From Spirochaetia bacterium (GTDB lineage: Bacteria > Spirochaetota > Spirochaetia > DSM-2461): 64,000 bases of DNA. The notes under the pieces were generated by a model. The model saw nothing but the letters and a program-made list of their open reading frames with translations, was not told the DNA's origin and did no database searches. The stretch is taken from positions 4,576,001-4,640,000 of the forward strand of contig OY764216.1 in assembly GCA_963668315.1 (NCBI GenBank), written 5' to 3'. The translations under genes and the position numbers were made by a program. Of the stretch, positions 49,466 through 59,427 are shown one piece after another. Numbering within the stretch: the stretch's first letter is position 1; each line of letters begins with the position of its first letter.

Positions 49466-50809
49466 ATGACCAGTGGATTATTTCTATTCGGAATAATTAT
49501 CATTGCAATCGTCGGGATGATTCTGCTCATCTCCAAGCTTAAATGGCACCCCTTTTTAGTGCTCATTCTGGCTGCGTACTTTATAGGACTGGCAACAGGT
49601 ATGCCGGTGGACAAGATTATCGATGTCATCAAGTCCGGTTTCGGAGGTATCCTCGGCAGTATCGGAATTGTCATCATCGCCGGAACAATCATTGGAACCA
49701 TTCTGGAAAAAACTGGCGCTGCCCTGACCATGGCTAATTCCATTCTGAATCTTGTAGGCAAAAAGAGAGCCCCGCTGACTATGAGCCTAACAGGTTATGT
49801 AGCCAGTATTCCCGTTTTCTGTGATTCGGGGTTCGTCATCCTATCGCCTATCAACAGAGCTCTGGCTGAAAAATCGGGAGTATCTCTGGCTGTTATGGCC
49901 ACGGCACTCAGTTCCGGTCTTTACGCGACCCATTGCCTTGTTCCCCCCACTCCCGGCCCTATCATCATGGCAGGAACCCTGAACGCTGATCTGGGACTAG
50001 TCATCCTTACCGGTCTTCTTGTCTCCATTCCCGTTATGCTTGCCGGATATTTTTACGCTATAAAAGTGGCTGCCCGCTATCAGATCGATGCCAATCCCGA
50101 AGTCAGCCTGGATGATCTCCTGGCAAAATATGGAAAACTTCCCGGTGTTGTTCCGAGTTTTGCTCCCATTATCCTGCCCATTATCCTGATCGCCTTCAAG
50201 TCTATTGCGGATTTTCCCTCTGCGCCCTTCGGTGACGGATTTATAAAGAACTTTTTTGACTTTATCGGTAACCCCGTAACGGCCCTGATCATGGGGATCG
50301 GACTGGCCACAACCCTTATTCCAAAGAAAGAGAAAAGTGAAACTTTCAATTGGATTTCGGAAGGGATAAAGCATTCTGCTTCTATTCTTGCTATCACCGG
50401 CGCCGGCGGAGCGTTGGGGCAGCTGTTAAGGGAACTTCCCTTGGCAGATGCTCTGAGCAATTCCCTGCTCCAGATGAATCTGGGCCTTCTGATTCCCTTT
50501 ATCATAGCGATGCTGCTTAAATCAGCCATGGGGGCTTCTACTGTTGCCATGATCTTAACCTCAGCTATGGTAGCTCCCCTTATGGCTCAGATGGGCCTGA
50601 CAACCGAAATGGCTAAAGTCCTGACTGTTTTGGCAATAGGAGCCGGTTCGATGACCGTTTCTCATGCTAATGACAGCTATTTCTGGGTGGTTTCACAGTT
50701 CTCCGATATGGATACTCAGACCGCATACAAATGTCAGACGGGCGTAACCCTGGTTCAGGGAGTCGTATCTATCGTCATTATCCAGATCATTGCTTTGATT
50801 GCCCTTTAA
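49466..50809 (+). CDS. GntP family permease (glycerate/sugar acid)
   Basis: IPVFCDSGF, HCLVPPTPGP, SHANDSYFWV. Confidence 0.93.
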   Translation: MTSGLFLFGIIIIAIVGMILLISKLKWHPFLVLILAAYFIGLATGMPVDKIIDVIKSGFGGILGSIGIVIIAGTIIGTILEKTGAALTMANSILNLVGKKRAPLTMSLTGYVASIPVFCDSGFVILSPINRALAEKSGVSLAVMATALSSGLYATHCLVPPTPGPIIMAGTLNADLGLVILTGLLVSIPVMLAGYFYAIKVAARYQIDANPEVSLDDLLAKYGKLPGVVPSFAPIILPIILIAFKSIADFPSAPFGDGFIKNFFDFIGNPVTALIMGIGLATTLIPKKEKSETFNWISEGIKHSASILAITGAGGALGQLLRELPLADALSNSLLQMNLGLLIPFIIAMLLKSAMGASTVAMILTSAMVAPLMAQMGLTTEMAKVLTVLAIGAGSMTVSHANDSYFWVVSQFSDMDTQTAYKCQTGVTLVQGVVSIVIIQIIALIAL

Positions 50810-50935
50810 GGCTAGTTAAAGCTGATCCGGATAAAACACCAGCGACAGGAGTGCAATCATCAACTGCGAAACGATGTCACCGCGCCCCTGTCTGCTGATT
50901 TATATAAATGATATTACATAAACGGATAAACCGCA

Positions 50936-51580
50936 ATGAACAGAATCAAATTGTTTTTTTTCAATCGTTTTGCACTGAATGCATATATCAGTCAGGACTA
51001 TCCAAAGGCTCTTTTCTGGTATGAGAAGATTCTCAATACGAATACGGAAAGAGTTGGTCTGATGCATAATATCGGTTTGTGTCACTTTGCCATGAATGAC
51101 TATGACAATGCGGAAACTTTTTTGCTGGAAGAACTCAGCCGCTACGGAGACACGGATGGAAGGTTGAGGACTCTGGGCGATCTATATTACCGCTGGAAAA
51201 AAGGAGACCAGGCCCTTGTATTTTACAGGAGGCTCCATGATTATCTCAATCAGGATGAATGCTGGCTGAAGATTCGTATCGCCTTGCTGGAAAATGGAGC
51301 GAAAACACAAAAGGCGCTCTGTGCAGCTGATAGGCTGGATGAAGCTCTTGAGAAAATGAAATGCGGATTAGCGGATGATGCACGAAACCTCCTGGAACTG
51401 GGAGCAGAAGAAGATCCCAGCAGTTTTCAGATTCTGAACAACCTCGGAATCATTGCTCTGCAGGAAGATAACGATGCTGCTAAAGCGGTCTCCTTCTTCG
51501 AACAAGCCGAAAAACTGATGCCGATTCCCATGCACAGAGCCAACTTGAAAAAAGCCCGTAGTATTATGCTGCAGGAATAA
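50936..51580 (+). CDS. Tetratricopeptide repeat protein
   Basis: NIGLCHF...YD.A and NNLGII TPR patterns. Confidence 0.8.
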   Translation: MNRIKLFFFNRFALNAYISQDYPKALFWYEKILNTNTERVGLMHNIGLCHFAMNDYDNAETFLLEELSRYGDTDGRLRTLGDLYYRWKKGDQALVFYRRLHDYLNQDECWLKIRIALLENGAKTQKALCAADRLDEALEKMKCGLADDARNLLELGAEEDPSSFQILNNLGIIALQEDNDAAKAVSFFEQAEKLMPIPMHRANLKKARSIMLQE

Positions 51581-51661
51581 TAAGAAAAAACAGATTTTTT
51601 TGATATAGGGACCAATGTATTCACACTGTGGATTTAAGGAATAGAGGAGAAAAGTACATTC

Positions 51662-52801
51662 ATGAAAATTGTCATAGCACCGGATTCTTTTAAGGGAACA
51701 AACACCAGTCTAGCGGTAGCCAGCCATATAGAAGAAGGCATTTTAAGGGTTTACCCTGATGCTCAGTGCATAAAAGTACCTGTTGCGGATGGTGGAGAAG
51801 GTACCGTCGACTCGGTTATCGATGCGCTTGGAGGGAAAAAAGAGACTGTAAAGGTCTGCGGACCGCTAGGAAAAAAAAGAAATGCCACTTATGGTCTTGC
51901 CGGAGAAACTGCGGTTATTGAGATGGCAGAAGCATCTGGGCTCCCCCTTATTCCTGATGACAAGAGAAATCCCATGTTAGCGACAAGCCGTGGAACCGGG
52001 GATTTGATTTTAGACGCCCTGGATAAGGGGTGCCGCAAAATCATTATGGGAATCGGGGGAAGTGCCACAAATGATGGGGGAACCGGACTGGCCCGGGCAC
52101 TGGGATACCGATTTCTGGATGCTGACGGCACTGAACTTTTAGAAGGCGGTGGTTCTTTAGATAACTTAGCTTCTATAGATGTTTCCGCCGTGGATAAACG
52201 ATTAAAAGATGTGGAAATCATGGTGGCCTGTGATGTAACAAACCCTCTTCTGGGTGAAGAAGGGGCATCCTTTGTTTACGGTCCGCAGAAGGGAGCCGAT
52301 CCCTCTATGGTACGGCATCTGGATAAAGCCCTGGAACGCCTGGCTGATATCGCGGAAAATTGCTTGGGAATAGAAGCCCGGAATATCCCGGGAAGCGGTG
52401 CCGCCGGTGGACTTGGATTCGGTTTGATCGCTTTCTGCGGTGCGGATCTGAAATCGGGAATCGATATAGTCCTGGATACGGTAAAATTGGACAGTTATTT
52501 CGGGGATGCCGACTTGGTTATTACCGGAGAAGGGAGAATGGACAGTCAGTCAGTCAATGGAAAAGTTCCCGTCGGAGTCGCAGGAAGAGCAAAAAAACAT
52601 GGGCTCCCTGTGCTAGCAATCGTCGGCGATATGGGACCGGGCGCCATGGATGTGCTGCCATACGGGGTTGATAGTATAATGAGTACGGTGAACAGAGCTA
52701 TGCCTTTGAACGAGGCTTTAGATAAGTCGTCCCCTCTAATGGTGGAAGCAGCCGAAAGAGCAATGAGAATGATTGCTATGGGTATGTCTCTTAATAAATA
52801 A
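51662..52801 (+). CDS. glxK: Glycerate kinase (GlxK/GarK family)
   Basis: APDSFKG, ADGGEGT, GGSATNDGG, GPQKGA, TGEG..D.Q. Confidence 0.96.
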   Translation: MKIVIAPDSFKGTNTSLAVASHIEEGILRVYPDAQCIKVPVADGGEGTVDSVIDALGGKKETVKVCGPLGKKRNATYGLAGETAVIEMAEASGLPLIPDDKRNPMLATSRGTGDLILDALDKGCRKIIMGIGGSATNDGGTGLARALGYRFLDADGTELLEGGGSLDNLASIDVSAVDKRLKDVEIMVACDVTNPLLGEEGASFVYGPQKGADPSMVRHLDKALERLADIAENCLGIEARNIPGSGAAGGLGFGLIAFCGADLKSGIDIVLDTVKLDSYFGDADLVITGEGRMDSQSVNGKVPVGVAGRAKKHGLPVLAIVGDMGPGAMDVLPYGVDSIMSTVNRAMPLNEALDKSSPLMVEAAERAMRMIAMGMSLNK

Positions 52802-52952
52802 TAATCTCTGAAAATCAATTGTATTTATTTTTAGATGCTATGAGAAACAAAACCATGTCGCAACAAAAATCACGCCATGCTTAGCACCCTAACCTAAAAC
52901 AACGGCACAGTATACAGAGTAAGAGATAGACCCTTATGCTCTTTATATAATG

Positions 52953-52981
52953 AGCACTTTCTCCGGAAGGTGCTTTTTTTT
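52953..52981 (+). terminator. Rho-independent terminator
   Basis: agcactttc...gaaggtgct plus T-run. Confidence 0.8.
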
Positions 52982-53020
52982 ATATAGTACTATTTCCGGG
53001 ATTCATCCTTTCCAATCAAA

Positions 53021-53116
53021 TTACACCAAGACTCCAGAATCATGATATAATATGCTATCTATAGTAGTAGAATAAACTTGATAGAAATAGAGGACGGCCT
53101 CATAACTCGAAGGCCG
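53021..53116 (+). mobile_element. Third, degenerate attR-like island end
   Basis: ttacaccaag at 53021; acttgatagaaat..aggacggcctcataactcgaaggccg. Confidence 0.7.
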
Positions 53117-53480
53117 ATGACTATAGATTTGGTTTTATGAAAACAATCTATATTAAGAGGCACCTATTCCACTACCCTATTTTTTCAAAGAAAACGGCGG
53201 GTGAAATATTATATTTAGCAGCAAGTTTCTGAATATGTTGTTTATTAAGTTCTCTCTTCCCCGAAATAATCTCACTGATAACCGATTGGGGAGCAATATC
53301 ACTCAAATCTGATTGTTTATGCTGATGCTCTTCCATTAATCCTTGTAACATATCAATAGGAGATACTTTTGGCGTAGGAATATTTCCTTCATATTCTTTA
53401 AGCTGACTTTTTATGTAATGATATAACCCTTTCAAATAGGTTTTCTTTTCTTCAATAATTAACTCTTTCAGCTGGAGAAG
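53076..53480. repeat. 405-bp direct repeat, copy 2
   Basis: Matches 45866-46270. Confidence 0.92.
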
Positions 53481-53591
53481 AATATCTTCGGCCCTAATAG
53501 CATCGGAATCAGTTTTTATTTGGATAGAGGTCAATTCTTCCATAACTGAAATATTTGCTTTATCTAAAAAATTATCCAGTGAAGTAATCAT
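53172..53591 (-). CDS. higA: HigA-like HTH antitoxin/regulator; no toxin partner seen
   Basis: LMEEH..KQSDL....QSVISEI..GKR.LN..HI.KL. Confidence 0.85.
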   Translation of the reverse strand: MITSLDNFLDKANISVMEELTSIQIKTDSDAIRAEDILLQLKELIIEEKKTYLKGLYHYIKSQLKEYEGNIPTPKVSPIDMLQGLMEEHQHKQSDLSDIAPQSVISEIISGKRELNKQHIQKLAAKYNISPAVFFEKIG

Positions 53592-54225
53592 AATTAACTC
53601 CCAACATGATATTATCAAAAAACACCAAATAGTCTCTTAAACAATATCCTATATAGATTATAGTTTAGCTCTATACGACAAGGATTTACAAGAAACGTTT
53701 TATTATATTCCGTTTTAAATCAAACTTATCTTTCTATGTATCATTCCTTTTCATTTGATAAGTTCAAATAAAATCACCAATGCTGAAACGATAATCATAC
53801 TTCTCTTATATCCTATCAAAAGTTACGTTCTATCCTTCGTAAATATTCTTCTGATCTTCTAAATCCTTTAAACAATGCCGATCAATATTCTTTCTTTTAA
53901 AACAGCTTGTCAATCATCCGTTCATTAATGTCTTTGTTTTAGAAGCTTGAAATACTTTTTTTATTTCTTTACAACATAGAGAATTACAAAACGAATCGCG
54001 CGCTATTTTATTATATTACAAAGATTTACGCAATATAGCGTTTACCCATATACAGCCTTTGTTTTACAACTATATACACATATAACAAAGATTTAACTGT
54101 TAGCGCTTTACATGCTTTATCTTGCATAGCTAACAGTTAAGGATAAAGTTAAGAAAATCAATATATAAATTACACAATAGATTTAAATAACTGAATGAGA
54201 AAAGATCAGAATTAAAAGTAATTTT

Positions 54226-54255
54226 CCCAAAAAGGTCACCGGTGACCTTTTTGGG
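54226..54255. repeat. Perfect 30-bp palindrome
   Basis: cccaaaaaggtcacc|ggtgacctttttggg. Confidence 0.95.
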
Positions 54256-54501
54256 GATTTAACAGGAATTTGACATTAAACGAGAGCCTTCCGATCTACA
54301 TACTCCTGATATTCATATCTCAAAAAGAAACATATTATTGTCTATATTTTTTCTAAAGAAAAAGCCTATAATCTCCATTAAGAACTCTTGCCAGGGATAT
54401 TGTCTTTGAAGATTCTTGCTTCATTCCATCTAATGATCGTATTTTTCCTCCCTGATGGTAGGCTGACGATCCATTTCTATCTACCCTGATGTGATAAGTA
54501 C

Positions 54502-54921
54502 TCACAGATCTGATACATCTCCAAATAAATCCAGCATAAATCTTCCATTATTTTTAGAAATTGATTTAACAAAAGATTTCCTAAAATTTTCATAACGTGA
54601 AGTAGCACTTTTTCTAGCACCTTCCCTCTTTTCATTATTATCAGGCAATGCAGGATTATAGATAAAAAAGCCGTAAAGAAAAGAATCAAAATACTTCATG
54701 AACAAATCTAGTTCTTTATACAATCTATTTATATTCTCAGAGCTTTCTGAAATAGATTTTGATAATACATCAATCATGCTTGATTCCTTTTCCAATTTCT
54801 CATATGCAGCGTCTCTAATAAAATCAGAGAGAGTATAGTTCTTACTACAGAAATTATCCATTATTTTCTTTTTAATATTTATTGGTATACGAATATTAAT
54901 ACTAGTTTTAACACTTGACAT
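54502..54921 (-). CDS. Ribbon-helix-helix-like DNA-binding protein with coiled-coil tail
   Basis: SINIRIP strand, TLSDFIRDA helix; aaggag RBS; inverted repeat at 54966-55020 upstream. Confidence 0.6.
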   Translation of the reverse strand: MSSVKTSINIRIPINIKKKIMDNFCSKNYTLSDFIRDAAYEKLEKESSMIDVLSKSISESSENINRLYKELDLFMKYFDSFLYGFFIYNPALPDNNEKREGARKSATSRYENFRKSFVKSISKNNGRFMLDLFGDVSDL

Positions 54922-55114
54922 AGTTTTATACTCCTTATTCTATTCTATATAAACAATTAAAAGTCGTAAAAACCTCATAAAGTATCATTATATAATATTC
55001 TATCCCGTATGAGGTTTTACAATATAGAGAGTTTATCTTACGAATCTATACTTACTCTAAAGGGAATTACGATTATACTCCCTTTATCTAGCAAAGATCC
55101 TAAAAAAGCTATAA

Positions 55115-56026
55115 CTATTCAGATTTCCATGGTACTCTTTCATTCAATTCTTTCAAATTGGATTCATTAAATGGAAACTCCCCCCTCGACCTCTTTGCCA
55201 GATTCTCTTTATCACTTGAATGAAACGAAGATGAAAACTTCTGGCTACGATTAGGAAGATTAGGATCGGTATGAGGCCTTTCCTTCCATTTCTCAGAACG
55301 TAACCAACTAATGGCATTTGGAATAAATTTCCGATTATCCTTTTGCCATTCTTCAGTAGTCATCCAATCAGAAACAAGAGCAATATGATCTTCAAGAACT
55401 GGCAGATTATGAATATTCAAAAACAAAGCTAAGGTCTCATTCTTGTCACACTTTCTTGGATAGTGTTCCCACCATTTCTCAAAATCCAGTTTTTTCTGTT
55501 TCAGGTCTTCATTCTCTTCTAGTTTAGGTTCTTCTTGTCTTTTCTCTTCTAGTCTAGCTGTGACAGTCTGTGACTCGTCATTGACTGTCACAGACATGTC
55601 ATAGACAGCCTCATACGCATCAAACCAATTAGGGGTAGCCAGCCTACCAATCTTTTTCTGCTCTGCCACTTGTGCCTTATAGACTTTAATCAGCTTTTGG
55701 AGTTTCTTTGAACGCGTCGCTGATGTAAGAAGGAATTTATAGATCTTATGACAGGAAATCTCTCCTGATTGTTCAAGGGTTAATAGATCTTGATTACACA
55801 TGAAATGAATCATCTGTTCAACTCGCGAAGTATTACCATTGTAAAATTGGGCAATATCTTCACATGTTTCCTCCAACGTCGGTAGAGGGCTATAATCTTC
55901 TATAGCCTCTGTAATCGACTCAATAATCAAACAGTATAATCCATAGCCTTCAATACCATATCTTTCGAATACTCTTCTGATTTTTGGATCATGCCTCATT
56001 GTACCCAGGTGCTGAAAATATCTCAT
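55115..56026 (-). CDS. Phage-type replication initiator (replisome organizer-like)
   Basis: YFQH....DPKI.....YG.EGYGLY N-terminus; repeat-rich linker; FEKWWEHYPRK and FIP...WL...W C-terminus. Confidence 0.8.
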   Translation of the reverse strand: MRYFQHLGTMRHDPKIRRVFERYGIEGYGLYCLIIESITEAIEDYSPLPTLEETCEDIAQFYNGNTSRVEQMIHFMCNQDLLTLEQSGEISCHKIYKFLLTSATRSKKLQKLIKVYKAQVAEQKKIGRLATPNWFDAYEAVYDMSVTVNDESQTVTARLEEKRQEEPKLEENEDLKQKKLDFEKWWEHYPRKCDKNETLALFLNIHNLPVLEDHIALVSDWMTTEEWQKDNRKFIPNAISWLRSEKWKERPHTDPNLPNRSQKFSSSFHSSDKENLAKRSRGEFPFNESNLKELNERVPWKSE

Positions 56027-56217
56027 CTGGCCCCCCTAATCCTACTATCCTGAAAATCCGCTGTGATCTTTTGGGATTTAGTTCCAGACCACTCAATCCT
56101 AACCAGTCTAGAATCATGCAGGTGGACTTTAAGTGAAATACAGCCATACGCTGGAATAGTCTGAAATACCTCCAAAAAATCTGGAGCAATTTCTTCTAGA
56201 AGTTCTTTAGCTTTCAT
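56023..56217 (-). CDS. Small hypothetical protein
   Basis: Overlaps both neighbours; gggagg RBS. Confidence 0.6.
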   Translation of the reverse strand: MKAKELLEEIAPDFLEVFQTIPAYGCISLKVHLHDSRLVRIEWSGTKSQKITADFQDSRIRGAR

Positions 56218-56404
56218 CTATAACCTCCCAACCATCATATGACCCATTAAGAAGATTATCTATAAATGACTCGGGAACACGTATCTGCTTCCCAATTCTT
56301 ACGTGTGGAATCGCATCATTTGCGATATGACGTATGAATGTTGAATAACTGATACCTAATCTATCAGTAACTTCCGTAGGTGTTAAAAATTTATCATTAC
56401 CCAT
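56207..56404 (-). CDS. Excisionase-like HTH protein
   Basis: FLTP.EV..RLGIS.ST......IP.VRIG..IRVP. Confidence 0.85.
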   Translation of the reverse strand: MGNDKFLTPTEVTDRLGISYSTFIRHIANDAIPHVRIGKQIRVPESFIDNLLNGSYDGWEVIDES

Positions 56405-56524
56405 CTTTCTACTCCAATAATTATTATTGATTGCAATCATTGGGTAAATGATAGAATTCGTATCAATTTACGAATACGTGTAAAAGTAGTGGAAAATGGG
56501 TAAAAAACAGGGAGGAAGAAGCTA

Positions 56525-57053
56525 CGAGCCACCCCGTGTTTTCCTGAGACACAATTATTTGAGAGAATAGTTTCATGAAAAAGCGGATCATCTATATTCT
56601 TCCATATAAAAGTTGGCTGATGGGTTTTACAATCTATGAATACAGATTCAACCTTGGATGCCTTGGAACAAGCTATTTTTGCTCGATCCCAAGAGAAAAA
56701 TCTTATCCATCAAAGTTACAGAGGTATTCTGTATTTATTAATTAGGTACTCAGAACGCCAATCTGAATCAGGATTTTCTCCATCAGTTAGTAGCGTTAGT
56801 CATATAATAATGCCACGGACGAGACAATCAATGGTCGTTTTTAAGCGGAGATGATTTGGAAAAGAAGTTCTTGGAAAACAATGGAAGACTCAGAATTAGC
56901 CATTCTGGAATAGGAGGACTGGTTCAAGAATCACAGACTTTTGGTGCCAATCGTAGATAATCTTCCCTAAGAATACGAAATGCTGTAAAATAAAAGAGTT
57001 AAAGGTTCGTCTGAATTAGTAGGACTCAAATAAAAAAATCTCTGGGCGGTTCA
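56525..57053 (+). mobile_element. Internally deleted IS3-family (IS51-like) remnant with 3-bp target duplication
   Basis: Ends cgagccacccc... and ...gggcggttca, flanked by cta/cta; LDALEQAI..R...LIH integrase-core remnant. Confidence 0.78.
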
Positions 57054-58037
57054 CTATTTCAAGGGGAAACATTTGTGCCAATTATCTTCAAGAGACCGTT
57101 CAGAAAGAACCTCCCCTGTCTTTTTAATTAAATTGGGAAAATGTACTTTGGGGTTTAAATCGGGAGAATCTTTATAATGCATCTGAACGAATTTAATTAT
57201 TGAACATGTTAATTGATATCGACCATCGCCGATCCTCTTAATATATTGCTCTTTTTCTAGATTTTTCAAAACTGATAATACTTGTTCGTATGGATCATGA
57301 ATTAAATCATCCTTTAATAAAATCTCATTCAGAAGGATTTCATAGTCTACCAAATGTAACAGATGCAAATTGAATAGAAACTCCTGATTCTCATTATACT
57401 TGAAAGCCGTTCTCTCTTCTTTAAGTACAATAAGAATTCTAGGGATAATATCCGCAAAACTAAGAAGTTCACAAGCATTTACAAAATCAAGAACAGAAGT
57501 TTCCTCTGACATTCGAATAACCTGTTCTATAACACGAGGATTAATATCCTCTGATTCATTTCGATATAGAATAGAAGCAAGTAAGATTAAAAATCTCTTT
57601 GCATCATTAACATTTCTTATAATGATTTTCTTTTTTTGTTCATGGCTCAATACATCATATCTATTTTTTAAATAAAGCTCATATTCTATCTGTTCATCCG
57701 TAAAGAACTTTACATTTTCCTCAATATACTCAAACTGTTGATCCAACTCGCGCTTAAGAAGCTCTTGGGATGGATCAAGTTGATCTAGTTCCTCTGATAT
57801 GTTCTTCTGCTCTATTTGAGTATGTTGTAAAAGCTGATTTTCAAAAAATGTTTCTTGATAAAAAGAGAATAATGCATCATCCTCAAGATTTTGAGGAATG
57901 GGTAAAAATAAATCCGCATATTTCGCCCGGAAGAAAAGATCATTGGTTTGACCGCTTCTTATAGCATATTCAACATTTTTATAAATCTCAGTTCTTAGTG
58001 ATCCATCATCCGGATAATATTTATGTATTCTAATCAT
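57054..58037 (-). CDS. Hypothetical protein
   Basis: 327-aa ORF in AT-rich DNA, overlapping the XRE gene end. Confidence 0.75.
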   Translation of the reverse strand: MIRIHKYYPDDGSLRTEIYKNVEYAIRSGQTNDLFFRAKYADLFLPIPQNLEDDALFSFYQETFFENQLLQHTQIEQKNISEELDQLDPSQELLKRELDQQFEYIEENVKFFTDEQIEYELYLKNRYDVLSHEQKKKIIIRNVNDAKRFLILLASILYRNESEDINPRVIEQVIRMSEETSVLDFVNACELLSFADIIPRILIVLKEERTAFKYNENQEFLFNLHLLHLVDYEILLNEILLKDDLIHDPYEQVLSVLKNLEKEQYIKRIGDGRYQLTCSIIKFVQMHYKDSPDLNPKVHFPNLIKKTGEVLSERSLEDNWHKCFPLK

Positions 58038-58251
58038 TCAATGCTTCTTCTATTGATCTAACTATCTCCCACGCAGGACATCCAATACCACGTGCTATTC
58101 TTATAATTGTTTTCAATGAAGGCATCTTCTTACCGGTTTCTATTTCGGATAAAAAAGCTTTACTCATATCTATACGATTTATGAGTTCATCTTGGGATAA
58201 TCCGGATTTTTTTCTATAGTTACTTATTACTGAACCTATAACTTCCTTCAT
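58030..58251 (-). CDS. XRE-family HTH regulator
   Basis: RKKSGLSQ.EL......FLSEIE.GK..PSL. Confidence 0.9.
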   Translation of the reverse strand: MKEVIGSVISNYRKKSGLSQDELINRIDMSKAFLSEIETGKKMPSLKTIIRIARGIGCPAWEIVRSIEEALND

Positions 58252-58677
58252 TGGAGATAATTATATTAGTTTACGCCTTACAATATGATACGCTATTGAA
58301 TATCATCAATAGTCATATGGATGTATAGGTTACATTAAAGACCTTCTTCCCTGTAACTATTCTCATAGTAGAAAAAAAAAGCCTGCCTTCTCCACCAAGC
58401 GTTACAACGAGTTTTATCAGTATTTCTTATCTACTAAAGCAGCCTTGTCATAGGCATTGTCAAACAAATCGTAATTATTAAAGCCAAATGAGTTATACCA
58501 TACGTATTATTATGAACATAGATTTCTAATATAATAATCTATTACGCTAAAGCGTTATACCAAGTATACCTAATCGTCAATACTATATAATAATGAATTA
58601 AGATAGTTGGAATTATCAATTAATGATGATATTTTAAAAACATTGAATCTTTATTTTTTTTACCTGGAGATATATTT

Positions 58678-58989
58678 ATGGAACAAAATTCGGTTTGTCG
58701 TACAAAACAGTTCTGGGGGATTTGTTTTAATGATAGAAACACAAATTCACCGTATGAGGGAGATTATCTACTGGGAGAAGCTATTTTAAGATTTCACAAT
58801 GGATATCTACATAGCCGTTTAGAAAACGGAAATATAATCCCGGCAGTTGAGTTTCCAGATTTCCATATGGAATACTACTATGAAGGAAAACTACACCGTG
58901 AAGAAAAAGCCGCGATCAGCTCAGATTATGGTAGTATTAAGGAATACTGGGAAAATGGAGAACTTATCAAGGTAGAAACATTTGAATAA
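58678..58989 (+). CDS. Hypothetical protein with MORN-variant-like repeats
   Basis: NGYLH..PAVE, EGKLHRE..AAI, EYWENG; ggag RBS. Confidence 0.7.
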   Translation: MEQNSVCRTKQFWGICFNDRNTNSPYEGDYLLGEAILRFHNGYLHSRLENGNIIPAVEFPDFHMEYYYEGKLHREEKAAISSDYGSIKEYWENGELIKVETFE

Positions 58990-59004
58990 GTATTATTTTT
59001 CTGT

Positions 59005-59130
59005 CTATCTTCAATAGTTGCTTTCTAACAGTCTATCCCGCTCCTCCTTCAAAAGTACATTGTCGGGCAAAAAAACCGCAGCACGGCCGGTCTCTTTCAA
59101 CATAGTGCGAATGTACTGTAGAAAGTTAAG
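59005..59130 (-). pseudogene. hsdM: Fragment of a type I restriction-modification methyltransferase
   Basis: LNFLQYIRTMLKETGRAAVFLPDNVL, frameshift, then EGGAG*TVRKQLLK. Confidence 0.75.
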
Positions 59131-59427
59131 ACCATCCGAGGTCCAATAAAGCCTTGATTTGCTGCTGTTTTTCTATTTTCAGTACATTCCCCACACTCTA
59201 TCCTCCAAATAGAGGATAAAGGTTAAAAATATTGTCTGAAAATGGCCGCTTTTATGTGCCCGTTAACACAATAGCATCATTTTCGTTTTTGATCTCAAGT
59301 ATTATTTTTTCTTCCACCTCCATTTTCTTATACTCAAGAGAATCATAAATATAAGGCTCATCATCACCCTGATCATGCATTTTATCAAATGCTTCCTTCC
59401 AGCCTATCCGAGTCCCTGCGGATAATC

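Noticed and set aside
53620..53990. higB toxin upstream of higA
   Set aside because: No ORF or recognisable HigB remnant found by eye
56636..56854. 72-aa ORF as a functional gene
   Set aside because: Decayed IS3 transposase fragment
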